Origin: Candidatus Atribacteria bacterium | Lineage (GTDB): Bacteria; Atribacterota; Phoenicimicrobiia; Phoenicimicrobiales; Stramentimicrobiaceae | Assembly: GCA_016934875.1 (NCBI GenBank) | Contig: JAFGSC010000320.1 | Coordinates: 1-35,427, forward strand | Reading direction: 5' to 3' | DNA length: 35,427 nt | Shown here: one piece after another, positions 1-9,098 of the stretch | Numbering within the stretch: the stretch's first letter is position 1 | Layout of the letters: each line of letters opens with the position of its first letter | Made by a program: the position numbers and the translations under genes | The notes under the pieces: generated by a model | Told to the model about the DNA's origin: nothing | Databases searched by the model: none | What the model saw: the letters and a program-made list of their open reading frames with translations, nothing else

Positions 1-437
1 GTGGTAAATATTAATTTCCCTGGATTTTTTAATGCCCTTGTCACATTTTTAAGAATTTCGAAATTCATTTCATCAGTCTCCATCAAAGGGAAACCGCCTT
101 CACAAAGCATTATGGCGGCATCAAATTCACCGTCAAAAGGAAGCTTGCGGGCATCATATTGCTGAAAATCAATTTTCAGATTAAGCTGTTTTGCTTTCTC
201 CTTTGCTCTGGCAAGCTGAGATTCCGACAAATCAATTCCTGTCACTCTATAGCCTCGTTTCGATAACTCAACCGAATGCCTTCCCGTTCCACACCCGATA
301 TCAATGATTCTTGTATTTTTATTATTATTTAGCTCTTGTTCAATAAAGTCGCATTCCCCAAGGGTTCCTTGAACAAAACATTCCTTATCATATTTCTGCG
401 CATAATTTTCAAACAATGACTCATACCACTGCTTCAT
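1..437 (-). CDS. Class I SAM-dependent methyltransferase (3' end cut by the window edge)
   Basis: Not in the ORF track because it runs off the left edge. Reverse translation from the ATG at 437-435 gives MKQWYESLFENYAQKYDKECF...TRIIDIGCGTGRHSVELSKRGYRVTGIDLSESQLARAKEKA...DARKLPFDGEFDAAIM. IDIGCGTG is SAM-binding motif I of Rossmann-fold methyltransferases. Confidence 0.8.
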   Translation of the reverse strand, partial: MKQWYESLFENYAQKYDKECFVQGTLGECDFIEQELNNNKNTRIIDIGCGTGRHSVELSKRGYRVTGIDLSESQLARAKEKAKQLNLKIDFQQYDARKLPFDGEFDAAIMLCEGGFPLMETDEMNFEILKNVTRALKNPGKLIFT

Positions 438-564
438 TATTGTCTCCTCTCATCCATCAAATCTACAATTATCTACAATGACCATTGCACCGTTTAAGTT
501 TACACCTGCTAAATTGAGGCGATTCTAATATTTAAACTGTCCCCTGTTTGTGAGAAAGAAATCT

Positions 565-1071
565 TTATCTCATGTAACGAACCAATTCATCGATGGATTT
601 GCGTTTTTTTATTCCCGGATTATCTGCCGGATAGCCTATCGGCGTAAAAGCAATGGGTTCCATATCTTGAGGGAGATCAAGGAATTTCCGTGCCGCATCC
701 GGATCAAAGGCCCCTACCCAACAAGTGCCAAGTCCCAAATCTGTTGCAGAGAGAACGATATGATCCATGACAATAGCAGAATCCACATCAACATAATTCC
801 TTCCATCCCGGCGAACCCAATTTCCTTCCGGAATTCCGCATATCCCTATAACATAAGGAGTTTGAACAAACCATTCCCTATGGTATATTTTTCTTAATTC
901 ATCTTTAAAGCCTGCAGTTTTGATGACAAAAAGTCTAAAACTCTGCCTGTTGGCTGCTGTCGGAGCCAGTCTTGCTGCTTCTAAAACCTTATCGATTATA
1001 TTGGTTGGTATATCATCCGGTTTATAGGCTCGTACGCTATATCTTTTCTGAATCAATTCTTGAAATTCCAT
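565..1071 (-). CDS. FMN-dependent nitroreductase family protein
   Basis: 168-aa ORF. The N-terminal KRYSVRAY and LAPTAANRQSF motifs and the overall size are typical of the nitroreductase family. Confidence 0.9.
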   Translation of the reverse strand: MEFQELIQKRYSVRAYKPDDIPTNIIDKVLEAARLAPTAANRQSFRLFVIKTAGFKDELRKIYHREWFVQTPYVIGICGIPEGNWVRRDGRNYVDVDSAIVMDHIVLSATDLGLGTCWVGAFDPDAARKFLDLPQDMEPIAFTPIGYPADNPGIKKRKSIDELVRYMR

Positions 1072-1448
1072 AATCTATTACTCCTTTTATTGATTTTATT
1101 TTGAATCTGGAACGATACTCTTTATCATTATATCTATAATAATTATTATTCACACATCAATCAAATTTCAGGATATTTTTTTATCTCTCATAGATTCTAT
1201 TAAACTTAATCTACTATCATATATACCCTGGTGTCAAGTAGTCACTCATCACTATTGGTATCATGCACGCCAATTGGCATTTCTTAGGGGAGGTGATATG
1301 ACAAAGTTTTCCGAGAAATTAGATAGGTAATGACCCGGTTATGGGATAAAACATGTCATCTTATTTTTTCTTATATTTCAAGACCTAACCTGTCTCTTGA
1401 CTCTGGTGAGATGCATTGTTACAAAAAACAAAGGGACGGTTTTCTGTT

Positions 1449-2036
1449 TTACATTTTAAAGATCTTATTGACTGTCAATCCGGTCAATCTGGATACCTGC
1501 CTTAAAGAGCACACATCCATTTCTTTTAGATATTTTAAAACCTTGTCTTGTATTATTGTAGGCGCATTTTGCAGGGTGACTAATTCTATATGATATTTAC
1601 CTAATACTAAATGCCTTATCTCTTTATCGGATAGAGTCTCTCTTTTTGTGGGCATCTCAAGACATTGATCATTGTTTGATTCTTGGTTAAACCGTTTGAA
1701 TCTTTCTATCGCTTTATCCCTTTCTTGGTGGAACATTTTAAGGGCAAATGCGATATTGACTATCTTCGGTTGGTTAATATATTCATTATAACTACTCCAT
1801 TGACAGGAGGCAATATCATCAGTTAATCCTGCTTTTAGGGGATTTTGGTGGATGTATCTCAACACAGTCAGGAAATAGACATAGATTTCATATTCACTTT
1901 TTTTATGGTACTTAGAAAGAATGGCCATAAATTTTTCATCATCTTCATCAACGGAGAAGATATTCTGCTGATTGATGCCTCTTGTCATGATGTGATAGAT
2001 TTTACTTTTACTTTTAATTCTGGCTATTCTTGGCAT
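1449..2036 (-). mobile_element. RayT / IS200-like (Y1, COG1943-type) transposase relic lacking the HUH core
   Basis: 195-aa ORF. The N-terminus MPRIARIKSKSKIYHIMTRGINQQNIF and the segment FLTVLRYIHQNPLKAGL...WSSYNEY match REP-associated/IS200-like tyrosine transposases. The C-terminus (SLRQVSRLTGLTVNKIF) looks like the HTH tail these proteins carry. The block that normally sits between '..YEIYVY' and 'FLTVLRYIHQNP' (CLMxNHxHLL, the HUH motif) is missing. Confidence 0.7.
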
Positions 2037-2057
2037 AAAAATTATCTCAATAATAGT

Positions 2058-2389
2058 TCACAGTAGTATTGGAGTGATGTCAAACAAAGAACCATCCCCT
2101 TGTTTTCCTTTCGTTGCGATCAGGGTATAGGCGGTATCTGTGGTAGGATTAACGGTAGTTGTTCCGGTTAAAGGGACAGTGTGCCTATGCCATAATCAAT
2201 GGTGACACTGTCAGCATCGGTAACGGTCCAACTTAAAGTGGCACTATCCCCTGCTACAATGGTTGATGGACTGGCAAAAAAGGAGTGGATGACTGGGTTG
2301 GTTCCATTACAGCCGGATAAAATAGCAAATAATAAGATAATCAGAAAAATTTTGAGATAGCCTCTGTCATTCTTGCTTATTCCTTTCAT
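2058..2389 (-). pseudogene. Small lipoprotein with an Ig-like beta-sandwich domain, split by a 1-nt frameshift
   Basis: ORF 2168-2389 starts with a signal peptide and lipobox (LFAILSGC), followed by SPSTIVAGDSATLSWTVTDADSVTIDYGIG. After the TAA at 2168-2170 the next frame continues PLTGTTTVNPTTDTAYTLIATKGKQGDGSLFDITPILL* (stop at 2058-2060), which is the expected second half of such a domain. A 1-nt change in the GGG run at 2173-2175 would join the two halves. Confidence 0.5.
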
Positions 2390-2553
2390 TTGAATTGACC
2401 TCCTCTTATTTCAGGATAGGAATTGTATTGAAGTAAGTAACCATCACATCCTTATAATGTTGGATAATATTCTAGAATTTTTTTTAGCTTATTTTTTAAA
2501 TTGAATATTATAATCTCAATGGTTGAAAACTTAGGGACAAAGGTATGATCAAA

Positions 2554-2880
2554 CTAATCATACTCAAAACTTTCAGTTTCTATAAATTTTAGTTTTATCC
2601 CTTTTTTCAAAAACCCCTCTTTATCGTAAAGTTCAGCCTCACCGATTTGATTTATGTAATTTGTCCTTCCTGAAGTCTTGCAAATTTCTATAATGCGATC
2701 TTGATTTTTCAACATAGCAATAAGTTATTCTACAAGAAATTATGCTCATATATTCCTTAAAAATTTCTCCAGATTTTTCTTCACTTCTAAATTTGGAGTT
2801 GTTAAGAATAATACCATCATGATAAATAATTAAATTTTTATTTGAAAATAATCCAGCGTAATAACTTCTTTAAATCATAA
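2554..2880 (-). pseudogene. WbqC-family gene relic (C-terminal part only)
   Basis: Reverse translation of 2554-2714 gives MLKNQDRIIEICKTSGRTNYINQIGEAELYDKEGFLKKGIKLKFIETESFEYD*. This aligns to ..LNICKALGNVDEYCNPEGGLEFYDRSKFYKTGIDIKFLSMNIQKY.. of the intact WbqC at 19242-19952. Sequence up to about 2880 is broken by stops and frameshifts, and the N-terminal MQPYFFPY region is absent. Confidence 0.5.
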
Positions 2881-3047
2881 ATTTTACTACTTTCAAATGG
2901 TGGTTACGCTTGAAATTAATGATTATGAGTAAATTTTTTTAGAAACATTCATTTTGTAAAATCTCTGATGTATAGTTTTAGGCGAGCTCTATAATTCAGA
3001 ATTTATATTCTTTAAAATAATTTTGACTAGTTTATGTAACATTTTTA

Positions 3048-5036
3048 CTATCTATTTTTATTAATAGTATTCTTTCTTGATTTTAATTTGGTCCTTGTTA
3101 GATGAATCATAAAACCTATAATCACACAAAAGAATCCCACAATGGAAACGTTAATGCTTGGTTGAATTACCAAAACTATACTACCTATTAATAGTAATAA
3201 TCGTTCTACCCATATCAACCTTTCAAATAATACATTTTGAGCAACAGAAGACAAGGAAATCGCAGCTATAGCAGTAATAATATAAGCTATGATTACCTGA
3301 ATGGCTGTACCTTCCATCATAAGATGAGGTCTATAAACCACCGCAAATGGTATCAAATATGCAACAATAGCAAGCTTAACACCTTCAAATCCAACTTTCA
3401 TCGCTGGCGCACCTGATACGGCAGCGGCGGCAAAAGAAGCCATGCAAACTGGTGGAGTTATGCTAGATAAGGTAGCAAAATAGAATACAAACATATGCCC
3501 AGCTAATCTACTTACTCCAAGTTCCATCAATGCAGGTACACCAAAAATCATAGTTATAACATAAGCTGCTGCTGTTGGAAGCCCCATACCCAAAAAAATT
3601 GAAGAAATCATTATTAATAATAACGCGGATAGTAAATTACCTCCAGATAATCGAATAATAATTGCAGTAAACTTAAGTGGCAAACCAGATAATTCCAAAA
3701 CACCTAATATAATTGAAGCACATATTAAAGCTGAAGCTATAGAACACATTTTATAGCCAGTACTTTCTAGCGCATTTAAAGCAATCTTTAAATTGAATCT
3801 TGTTTCTTTCTTAATAAAACTGATAACTATAAGGGCTCCTGTGGATAATAAAGCAGAAAAGTAAGCACTGTACCCACGCAGTAACAATGATAATAGCAAT
3901 ATTACAGGTAATAACAGATGACCCCAGGTAAGCATTATTTTTTTTACAGAAAAAGATTTTAAACGGGAATCAATATAGGTTCCAATATTTTGAGAAATAG
4001 TTCTAAAATGAACACTGGAATAGACAGATAATACATAAAGAGTGGCAGGAAGAAAAGAGGCTGCCATTACCCTTACATATCCTAATCCTGTATATTCAGC
4101 AATGAGGAATGCAGAACTTCCCATGGCTGGAGGCATCCATTGTCCAACAGTTGAAGCTGCAGCCTCAACTGCCCCTGCAAAATAATCCTTAAATCCACTT
4201 TTTATCATTAATGGTATAGTTATTGTGCCTGTAGTATATACATTTGAAACAGTACTGCCTGAAACCATTCCAAATAGAGCACTCCCAATTACTGAGGATT
4301 TTGCCGGTCCTCCTCTTAATTTTTTAGTCGCTGTAGAGGCCAATAACATAAAGAAATCATCTCCGCCTGCAGCAATTAAGAATGCTCCCAGCAATATAAA
4401 GCCAAAAACATAAGTGGATGAAACTGCTGTCACTCTTCCAAAAATTCCTGAAGGTATAAGAAATAATTGGTCTGTAAGTCGAGTTAGGCTCACTCCGGTA
4501 TGCCTAAAAATTCCTGGGAAATACTGTCCAAACAATCCATGAATCATAACTACTACTGCTACTAAACTTAACGCAAGACCAAAAGAACGACGAACAGCTT
4601 CAAGTACGCTTAAAACAAGAACTGCTGCAAAAAAATAATCTAATATTTCAACTGGACTTAAGAAAGCATATCTATATACAATTCGATCAAAATCAATTTG
4701 TAGATATGCAGTAGCAATAAAAATACCTATTATTATTAAAATATCATACCAAGGAATCCGATCTTTTGAAGCATGAGAATTTAAAGGATACAGCCCAAAT
4801 ACCAGTATGAGAGCAAAAGCAACGTGAATAGGCCTAAACCTAAGCGGTTCTGGCATTCCTGTTACTAGAGCCCAAGCATGATAGACCGTCATTGATATAG
4901 CAACAATCGAGATAAAAGTACCATCATAACCTTTTAATTTCCTTTGTTTTCCTAAATATTTACCTGAGACATCCTTTTTTAACAATCTTTCAGTTTCTTT
5001 ACTATTATTACTATCATTCATTCTAATACATCCCAC
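3048..5036 (-). CDS. TAXI-type TRAP transporter, fused DctQ/DctM-like permease (system 1)
   Basis: 662-aa polytopic membrane ORF with the size and pattern of TRAP 4TM/12TM fusion permeases (..KLRGGPAKSSVIGSALFGMVSGSTVSNV.., ..ITPPVCMASFAAAAVSGA..). It lies directly downstream of a TAXI receptor gene. The start is GTG at 5036, with an alternative ATG at 5021. Confidence 0.9.
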   Translation of the reverse strand: MGCIRMNDSNNSKETERLLKKDVSGKYLGKQRKLKGYDGTFISIVAISMTVYHAWALVTGMPEPLRFRPIHVAFALILVFGLYPLNSHASKDRIPWYDILIIIGIFIATAYLQIDFDRIVYRYAFLSPVEILDYFFAAVLVLSVLEAVRRSFGLALSLVAVVVMIHGLFGQYFPGIFRHTGVSLTRLTDQLFLIPSGIFGRVTAVSSTYVFGFILLGAFLIAAGGDDFFMLLASTATKKLRGGPAKSSVIGSALFGMVSGSTVSNVYTTGTITIPLMIKSGFKDYFAGAVEAAASTVGQWMPPAMGSSAFLIAEYTGLGYVRVMAASFLPATLYVLSVYSSVHFRTISQNIGTYIDSRLKSFSVKKIMLTWGHLLLPVILLLSLLLRGYSAYFSALLSTGALIVISFIKKETRFNLKIALNALESTGYKMCSIASALICASIILGVLELSGLPLKFTAIIIRLSGGNLLSALLLIMISSIFLGMGLPTAAAYVITMIFGVPALMELGVSRLAGHMFVFYFATLSSITPPVCMASFAAAAVSGAPAMKVGFEGVKLAIVAYLIPFAVVYRPHLMMEGTAIQVIIAYIITAIAAISLSSVAQNVLFERLIWVERLLLLIGSIVLVIQPSINVSIVGFFCVIIGFMIHLTRTKLKSRKNTINKNR

Positions 5037-5125
5037 GATTCCATCAGATCAGGAGATAAAAGATAATATAAATACGATGATTTTTTATTGTGTCAGATCC
5101 ATTATAAACGAAATCTACAGTCTCA

Positions 5126-6136
5126 TTATTTTATATAACCTAATTCTCTAAAGGCTTTTTCTGCTCCCGGATGAAGAGGAATGGTGATTTCCCATCCTAC
5201 CGAAGGTTCAAATGCTTTCATTCCGATAAAAGCTCTTTCCCATCTTTCTTTATTTTCTAAAATAATTTTAGTCATTTCATAAGCAATATCGTCTTCAAGG
5301 TCTTTATGAACGATGAGCATATTTTTTTCTATGGGAGAGGTCCAGCTATAATCTACACCCGGGTATGCCCCAGCCGGTACCGTTTCCGGAGGTCTGTTAT
5401 GTTTTTTTTCCATTATTTCCAAAACTTCCTCATCAACTGATAGTAATTCAATATCTCTTTGGCTTGCAAGCTCTGTTATGCCAGGATGATAGACAGGAAA
5501 ACTATTCCACAATCCATCTAAATGACCATCTTTTATCGCAGCAAGAGCGTCTGAATAGTCAGTAAATGATACATTGCCTCCCCAATTTTTAATATCCTCA
5601 TAAGTCACACCATAGTATCCCAGAATCATTCTAGCAGCAATTTCTCCTCCAGTGCCTCGACTACCTACACTGACCTTGATGCCGGGTTTGTTTTCTAAAA
5701 ACTCACCTAAAGTCCTTATGCCTTCAGGAACAACATTTGATCTTAATACCCAGTGGCTGACACCACCATATCCTATATTTGTTAAACCTCTAAGATTTTT
5801 GAATCCCTCATCATATCCTACCTTGGCAAATTCACCTTTACCTTCATAAGCTTCTTCAGCGGTTGGCATATAACAAATTGCCATATCTCTTGAACCTTTT
5901 GTACCTACATTTACGGCATTGGTAAAACTCCCGCCAGGAACAACCGTTATATTTAAACCTTCTATAAACTCTTCAAATGCATCTGTAAAAGCTGCTCCCA
6001 TTATAAAGTAAGTACCTCCAATGCTGCCTGCGTGAAAGGTAAAATTCATAGCCTGATCTTGGTCTAGCGCAAAGCTTGTAATAAAACTTGACAAAGAAAA
6101 GATAGCAATTAATACTATTAAAATCATCTTTTTCAT
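5126..6136 (-). CDS. TAXI-family TRAP solute-binding receptor (system 1)
   Basis: 336-aa ORF with a signal peptide (MKKMILIVLIAIFSLSSFITSFA). It carries the GSIGGTYFIMGAAF motif and the C-terminal PLHPGAEKAFRELGY typical of TAXI receptors. Confidence 0.9.
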   Translation of the reverse strand: MKKMILIVLIAIFSLSSFITSFALDQDQAMNFTFHAGSIGGTYFIMGAAFTDAFEEFIEGLNITVVPGGSFTNAVNVGTKGSRDMAICYMPTAEEAYEGKGEFAKVGYDEGFKNLRGLTNIGYGGVSHWVLRSNVVPEGIRTLGEFLENKPGIKVSVGSRGTGGEIAARMILGYYGVTYEDIKNWGGNVSFTDYSDALAAIKDGHLDGLWNSFPVYHPGITELASQRDIELLSVDEEVLEIMEKKHNRPPETVPAGAYPGVDYSWTSPIEKNMLIVHKDLEDDIAYEMTKIILENKERWERAFIGMKAFEPSVGWEITIPLHPGAEKAFRELGYIK

Positions 6137-6281
6137 TGTAATTACTCCTTAGTTAATATTATTTTATTTTGACAATCGATCAATTTAAACATAAACTAAT
6201 TAAGCTACATACTAATACACCTCCTTTATCTTTGATGATTTGTATAACTATTATGTATCAAAATACAAGTAATATATTATA

Positions 6282-7454
6282 TTACTGATCGATTACTGAT
6301 CCATCTTCGTGTAAGCGTGCTTCGAGTGGACGCTGTTTAAAAGGATATTTTCTTTCAGCATCATCCAATAACTCTACTCCAATGCCAGGTTTATCAGGTA
6401 TAATAATATAACCATTTTGCACTTCAATGAAGTCCTTAACAATTTCCATCTTTGCCGGTCTATTATCGCCAAAAACTCCACCAGCAGGTATATATAATCC
6501 CCCTTCTGGATATTCCTGAAGGGCAAAATTAGGAATAGCTGCTGCTACTTGTATACAGGCAGCTAAACTTACAGGACCTAACGGATTATGGGGAACTACA
6601 TCTACATAGTAGGCTTCTGCCAGAGCAGCTATTTTCTTACAATGTGTAATGCCTCCTGCTAGACATATATCAGGACGGATATATTGAACTGCCCCTCTTT
6701 TTAAAAGCATTTCAAACTCATAAATAGTATGCAATCGTTCTCCAGTAGCAATAGGAATATTGATTTTATTGGCAACAAATTCCAGAGCATCAAAATTATC
6801 TGGGGGTATAGGATCTTCAAAAAAAAGAGGTCTATATTCTTCAATACCCCTGGCTAATGTAATAGCTTCCGAAGGTTTTAAACGCCGGTGAATTTCTACA
6901 CATAAATCCAATTCACTTCCAACTGCTTCTCTACAGTGCCTAATTGTGTCGATAGCATCTTGTATCTTTGAAAAATGAGTTTTAAAAAAAGGCTTGGATC
7001 TGGGTTCGTCTAAAAAAGGATTCAAGTGCCCAACAGCAGTATATCCCCTTTCTTTTGCTGAAATACAACTCCTTATCAATTCCTCTTTAGTCTTACCAAA
7101 TACATGGAGATAAACCCGAGCTTTATTTCGACACTTTCCACCTAATAACTGATATACAGGTGTATTAAAAAATTTTCCCTCTATATCCCATAAGGCAATA
7201 TCTATAGCACTAATCGCCCCCATTATTGCAGCCCCCCGAAAATGAAAACAACGATACATATATTGCCAATGGTGCTCTATTTGAAGAGGATCCTTACCTA
7301 TTAAATATTCTCTGAATATTTTGATTACAGCTTCAGAAGCTTCTAGAAAAGCCCATGCACCGGATTCTCCAACTCCAATAATTCCATTATCAGTTTCTAC
7401 CTGAACATATAAGCATCTGTCTATTTTTATTGTTCTGACACTGGTAATTTTCAA
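6282..7454 (-). CDS. Enolase-superfamily acid-sugar dehydratase (galactonate/mannonate dehydratase-like)
   Basis: 390-aa ORF. MKITSV...GIIGVGES, AISAIDIALWDIEGK, LFFEDP, ATGER, QYIRPDICLAGGIT, PHNPLGPVSLAA and the C-terminal HEDGSVIDQ parallel DgoD/ManD-type mandelate-racemase-family dehydratases. Confidence 0.85.
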   Translation of the reverse strand: MKITSVRTIKIDRCLYVQVETDNGIIGVGESGAWAFLEASEAVIKIFREYLIGKDPLQIEHHWQYMYRCFHFRGAAIMGAISAIDIALWDIEGKFFNTPVYQLLGGKCRNKARVYLHVFGKTKEELIRSCISAKERGYTAVGHLNPFLDEPRSKPFFKTHFSKIQDAIDTIRHCREAVGSELDLCVEIHRRLKPSEAITLARGIEEYRPLFFEDPIPPDNFDALEFVANKINIPIATGERLHTIYEFEMLLKRGAVQYIRPDICLAGGITHCKKIAALAEAYYVDVVPHNPLGPVSLAACIQVAAAIPNFALQEYPEGGLYIPAGGVFGDNRPAKMEIVKDFIEVQNGYIIIPDKPGIGVELLDDAERKYPFKQRPLEARLHEDGSVIDQ

Positions 7455-7523
7455 TTAAACCTCCAATTATATTAGAAAGAATAATATTAATATAAACTTT
7501 TCCCTTATTGATTAGAAAAACAA

Positions 7524-8792
7524 TTAAAACGAATATGGATTAAAAGTTTGCAAAAGCATATTTTCACCCTTTTCATCCTCAACTTTAATCGTTGCATTGA
7601 TTTCTTCGATCACTCTTGCCAACTGACTTTTGGTTTCCGCTTTAATAAATATTGTACTTACTAACTGGTCAGAAGTGCCGATTTGAGTGATGGTATTGCC
7701 CTCATCATGACGATGAGTTATATCAAATACTTCTGTAAGTCTAATGATTTTATTAAACCCTTTAATTTTCGCTATTTTCCCTTTTCGGGCAATTGTATAA
7801 AGCCTACATGCCCAACTATCAAATTCAGGCCTCTCCAGATCTTTAATGTTTTGCCCTTTCATTTCCCCGGTAAGGGAATGTCTTATCATCATCTCAACAG
7901 TATCAATACCATTTAATTCCTTGATTATTTTATGAGCTTGACTTCCTGCATTTCTAAAACCCATTTCATGAATACATACTCTTCCTTGATGCATAAAAGC
8001 TTGAATAAATAACACACCATTCTTTATCTTCATTGACTTAATCAAGTTTACCACCTTTTGATGGTCGGTATTTTTAAAAGTAGCCAAATGTTTAGAAGGG
8101 AAAATATGTGCTGTCGGAATTGGTGCAAACCCTCTTTGTTCTTTATTGGTATAACGATCAGACATGGCTGATAAACTCACATATCCGTCTTGCATCGTAT
8201 AAAATATCTGAACCTGTTCACCGGTCATGTATTCCTCAACTAGGACTTTTTTCCTTTTAGAAAAACCTAAGGACTCAGGGTATTTCTCTCGAAGCTCTTT
8301 TTCCGTATAACAAATGAATATACCCTTTCCACCAGAAGAATCAGCTGGTTTAACAACTACAGGATATTGAATGTCAGAAATCTCTTTTTCATTGATTTGA
8401 TGACTTAGCTCATATTCTTTAACTACTTGTAGCCTATGTGCAATACAAATTTTTTTGAATTTATCCTTATTAGTCATTATATCAATTTGTTCTGAAGTTG
8501 CATAAAAAGGAAGGTTTAATTTTTCACAGGCCTTCTGGCAATATAGCAGCATCGAATCTATATACGCAGTGAATACACCGTCAACTTTCAACTTCTTTGC
8601 CAGATCTACAATTGCATCAATATCTGTGGTACTAATTAAATAGCTTTCATTAGCAATCTGTTTTGCTGGGGAATCTATCAAATAATCCGTTACGATAACA
8701 TATACACCAAGTTCCTGTGCTCTCTTTACAATATTAGTAGTAAGTCTTATTCCTCCTAGAAGTAATAATTTTTTTCCTTTTAAATCAGACAC
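7524..8792 (-). CDS. ATP-grasp domain protein, paralogue A (carboxylate-amine ligase-like)
   Basis: 422 aa. It has a Rossmann-like pre-ATP-grasp N-domain (KKLLLLGG...YVIVTDY), the flexible-loop motif VKPADSSGGKGI, the hinge EEYMTGE, and HEMGFR. The start is GTG at 8792, with GAAAGGTG about 9 nt upstream. Confidence 0.85.
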   Translation of the reverse strand: MSDLKGKKLLLLGGIRLTTNIVKRAQELGVYVIVTDYLIDSPAKQIANESYLISTTDIDAIVDLAKKLKVDGVFTAYIDSMLLYCQKACEKLNLPFYATSEQIDIMTNKDKFKKICIAHRLQVVKEYELSHQINEKEISDIQYPVVVKPADSSGGKGIFICYTEKELREKYPESLGFSKRKKVLVEEYMTGEQVQIFYTMQDGYVSLSAMSDRYTNKEQRGFAPIPTAHIFPSKHLATFKNTDHQKVVNLIKSMKIKNGVLFIQAFMHQGRVCIHEMGFRNAGSQAHKIIKELNGIDTVEMMIRHSLTGEMKGQNIKDLERPEFDSWACRLYTIARKGKIAKIKGFNKIIRLTEVFDITHRHDEGNTITQIGTSDQLVSTIFIKAETKSQLARVIEEINATIKVEDEKGENMLLQTFNPYSF

Positions 8793-9098
8793 ATTGCTTC
8801 ACACCTTTCTTACAATTCTTCTTCTGAAGAAATTATGAATGCACATTGAATTTCGCCATTCACTTTTTTCCAATTGTATATTCCCTGTTTTTCATTTGCA
8901 CTGACACAATCTGCTTTGTTTACAAGAAAAAAGCAAAACATAATTTTTTCATTGGAAATCGGTTTAAAATTCTATCTCAGTCTCTTGAAATAGCTGCTCA
9001 ATTAATCCACTGCCAACCCTCCTCCCTCAACTGTAAATAATACTGATTCCCTTTTATCTGAAGAGCTTTTATAAATACCTCTTCCCCTACTTCACTTC

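Noticed and set aside
550-897. Plus-strand ORFs lie inside minus-strand genes. They are 550-897, 1330-1593, 1845-2066, 4225-4413, 5365-5565, 5652-5849, 7683-7916, 10738-10992, 11206-11433, 11710-12015, 13576-13761, 15513-15695, 17889-18218, 18942-19133, 21200-21382, 21545-21742, 21848-22039, 24708-24893, 26000-26239, 31397-31627, 31754-32125, 32260-32726 and 34133-34498.
   Set aside because: All are antisense shadows of well-supported genes. They have low-complexity or odd composition (Ile/Phe/Pro-rich), no recognisable motifs and no ribosome-binding sites.
1288-1320. A 10-codon mini-ORF (MTKFSEKLDR*) on the plus strand is preceded by a strong GGGGAGGTGA Shine-Dalgarno sequence.
   Set aside because: It is too short to evaluate. 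It is probably the decapitated start of a gene destroyed when the RayT-like element and neighbouring sequence were rearranged. There is no downstream continuation.
8810-8941. A 43-aa minus-strand ORF (MFCFFLVNKADCVSANEKQGIYNWKKVNGEIQCAFIISSEEEL) lies immediately upstream of ATP-grasp A. I considered it as a possible graspetide/RiPP precursor for the ATP-grasp enzymes.
   Set aside because: It has no Shine-Dalgarno sequence upstream of its ATG, and no equivalent small ORF lies upstream of paralogues B, C or D. The ATP-grasp proteins have the ~420-aa three-domain ligase layout rather than the compact RiPP-type. It is more likely chance or a relic, and would be worth a ribosome-profiling look only.
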